A DNA stretch of 63,808 bases, the filler included, from Octopus bimaculoides (Eukaryota), in assembly GCF_001194135.2 (NCBI RefSeq). It is 3 parts of 3 records of this genome, joined end to end, with 100 filler letters (N's around TTAATTAATTAA, not from the genome) between each part and the next. Parts side by side here need not be neighbours in the genome. Positions count along the whole stretch, not along the records: positions 55,458 to 63,808 come from NC_068987.1; 2 more parts are not named here. One strand, given 5' to 3'. Positions 61,887-63,808 of this stretch are shown here, one piece after another. The position numbers and the translations under genes were made by a program. The notes beneath the pieces are model-generated. The model saw only the letters and a list, made by a program, of their open reading frames with translations. It did no database searches and was not told the DNA's origin. The first letter of the stretch is position 1, and each line of letters opens with the position of its first letter.

Positions 61887-62189
61887 TGTTTAAGGATGTT
61901 GAACAAAACACCCATGTTTCCAGAAGTGAATTATTCAAATCCCAAAGAATTCCTCTCAACACATGGCTATGATGCTCCCCCACTACTTCTGCTCATGATC
62001 AGAGATGCACATATCGTCAGTCACTAAGTGACTTGCTCAACTGGTTAAGTTCAAACAACTGACAGGCAAATCTGTAGTATTGAGCAGAATATTTGCTGTA
62101 GCCCATCTTTTTATACCAAGACAAATCAATGTACAAGATAACACTTCGAATCAGTTAAGATCAGAAGCCACGAGAGCCACTGCCTGGTA
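61887..62189 (-). mobile_element. Family E short element, 5' part, fused to the Dong-like LINE
   Basis: Homologous to 6310-6506 and 60540-60626; preceded on its own strand by a long (AAT/GAT)n array. Confidence 0.85.
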
Positions 62190-62298
<109 letters not shown>

Positions 62299-62814
62299 GT
62301 CGTCGTCGTCGTCATTATCATCATCATCATCATCATTGGCAAAAATACTTTGCAGTAATTAATTACATCTCCCCCTTTCATTCAAATCCCGTCAAGGTTG
62401 ACTTAAGCTTTTTTTCATCCTACCTGAGTCGATAAAATCAGTACCAGTCAATTTCTGTTGTTGATGTAATCAACGCTTTTTCCTCCACAAGTAATTTATA
62501 TCTTTTGTATCTTTACTAGAAATAATTATAATCGTTTCCCTTTCATCCCTGCCTCTAAGTCTATCACCATTTGTTGTCCACGCCTAAATTAATTTGTCAC
62601 CATTTGTTGTCCATACCTCAGTTTTTTTTTCCGGTGCTAACTTTGCCACCATCGGTTGCCCACGTTTCTATCTTTAAATCTATCATCACCTGTTATTCAC
62701 ACTTCGTCATTAATTCAGTCAACACCTGTTGTCCGCAACCCGGTTTCTTTGACAAAACGTAATAACAACAAAGAGCCTTTTCAACGACAACAACAACAAC
62801 ACCAAAATAATAAT

Positions 62815-63144
<330 letters not shown>

Positions 63145-63151
63145 AATAATA

Positions 63152-63295
63152 TATCCTTTCTACTTAAGGCACAAGGCCGGAAATTTTGGGGGAGGGGATT
63201 AGTCGATTACATCGACCCAGTGTTTTACTGGTACTTAATTTATCGACCCCCAAAAGAATGAAAGGCGAAGTTGATCTTGGTGGAATTTGAACTCT
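63152..63295 (-). mobile_element. SINE family B, 3' part
   Basis: Same subfamily tail atcctttctacttaaggcacaaggccggaaattt as at 62819. Confidence 0.85.
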
Positions 63296-63808
63296 ATAAT
63301 GATAACAAGAAGAAGAAAAAGAAGGATGATGATGATGATGATGATGATGCTGATGATGATGATGGTGATGATGATGAATTTTTTATATATATATATTAGA
63401 GCGACATATGGGCGGTATTAACAGGGCAAGTTACAAAAACGATGGAGGGGCTTTTTACACCAAGTGTAATCGGGAAAGAATGCATGAATGCAAACAAAGA
63501 AATAAGCGTATCCAAAAAAAGTGAGGTACCTATTTAGTCCCAAATCAAGGAACTCTATGGACCTCATCGTATCCTAATTACCAAGGACAAGTACCCTCTT
63601 TCTCTCTCTCTCTCTCACCCAGGTGTGGAACCCCAATCTACAATCACATGCTTATTGTAGGGTCCACCGAGTTTAGCTATTCATAGTCGCCCGTATTTGC
63701 CACTTTGGAGAAGAGTTACTGAAACATGGCTTTTTCCTATCCTCTTCAAACAATAATTATGGTTTGAACAAAGAATTAAATTGATCCGAAGTATCATCAT
63801 CCCTACCC

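Noticed and set aside
62560-62740. CRISPR-like repeat-spacer look
   Set aside because: Repeats are too short and degenerate, spacers are irregular, there are no cas genes and the context is eukaryotic.

Overview
Eukaryotic, AT-rich, intron-like or intergenic DNA from a gapped draft assembly. The SINE families and (TA)n/(TG)n/(AAT)n density suggest a cephalopod (Octopus-like) genome; this is inference, not a database match. No intact host protein-coding gene is recognisable, and almost all of the ORF track is microsatellite, N-gap or repeat noise. The window is a transposon graveyard. It holds dozens of copies of two tRNA-head SINE families (labelled A and B here), RTE, R4/Dong and CR1/L2-type LINE remnants, two Penelope-like elements, Tc1 and mariner transposase pseudogenes, a Helitron fragment, and piggyBac- and hAT-like MITEs. 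Best second-look items: a complete minimal type I hammerhead ribozyme motif beside a Penelope GIY-YIG remnant with an inverted partner (49.9-50.0 kb); a chimera of an (AAT)n-anchored short element and an R4/Dong LINE 3' end (61-62 kb); a mariner nested in a SINE at a duplicated TA; a telomeric (TAACCC)4 insert; a fully paired 20-bp hairpin; and a few speculative splice-flanked exons. I found no convincing wholly new biological system. Repeat boundaries are approximate unless a junction is quoted.
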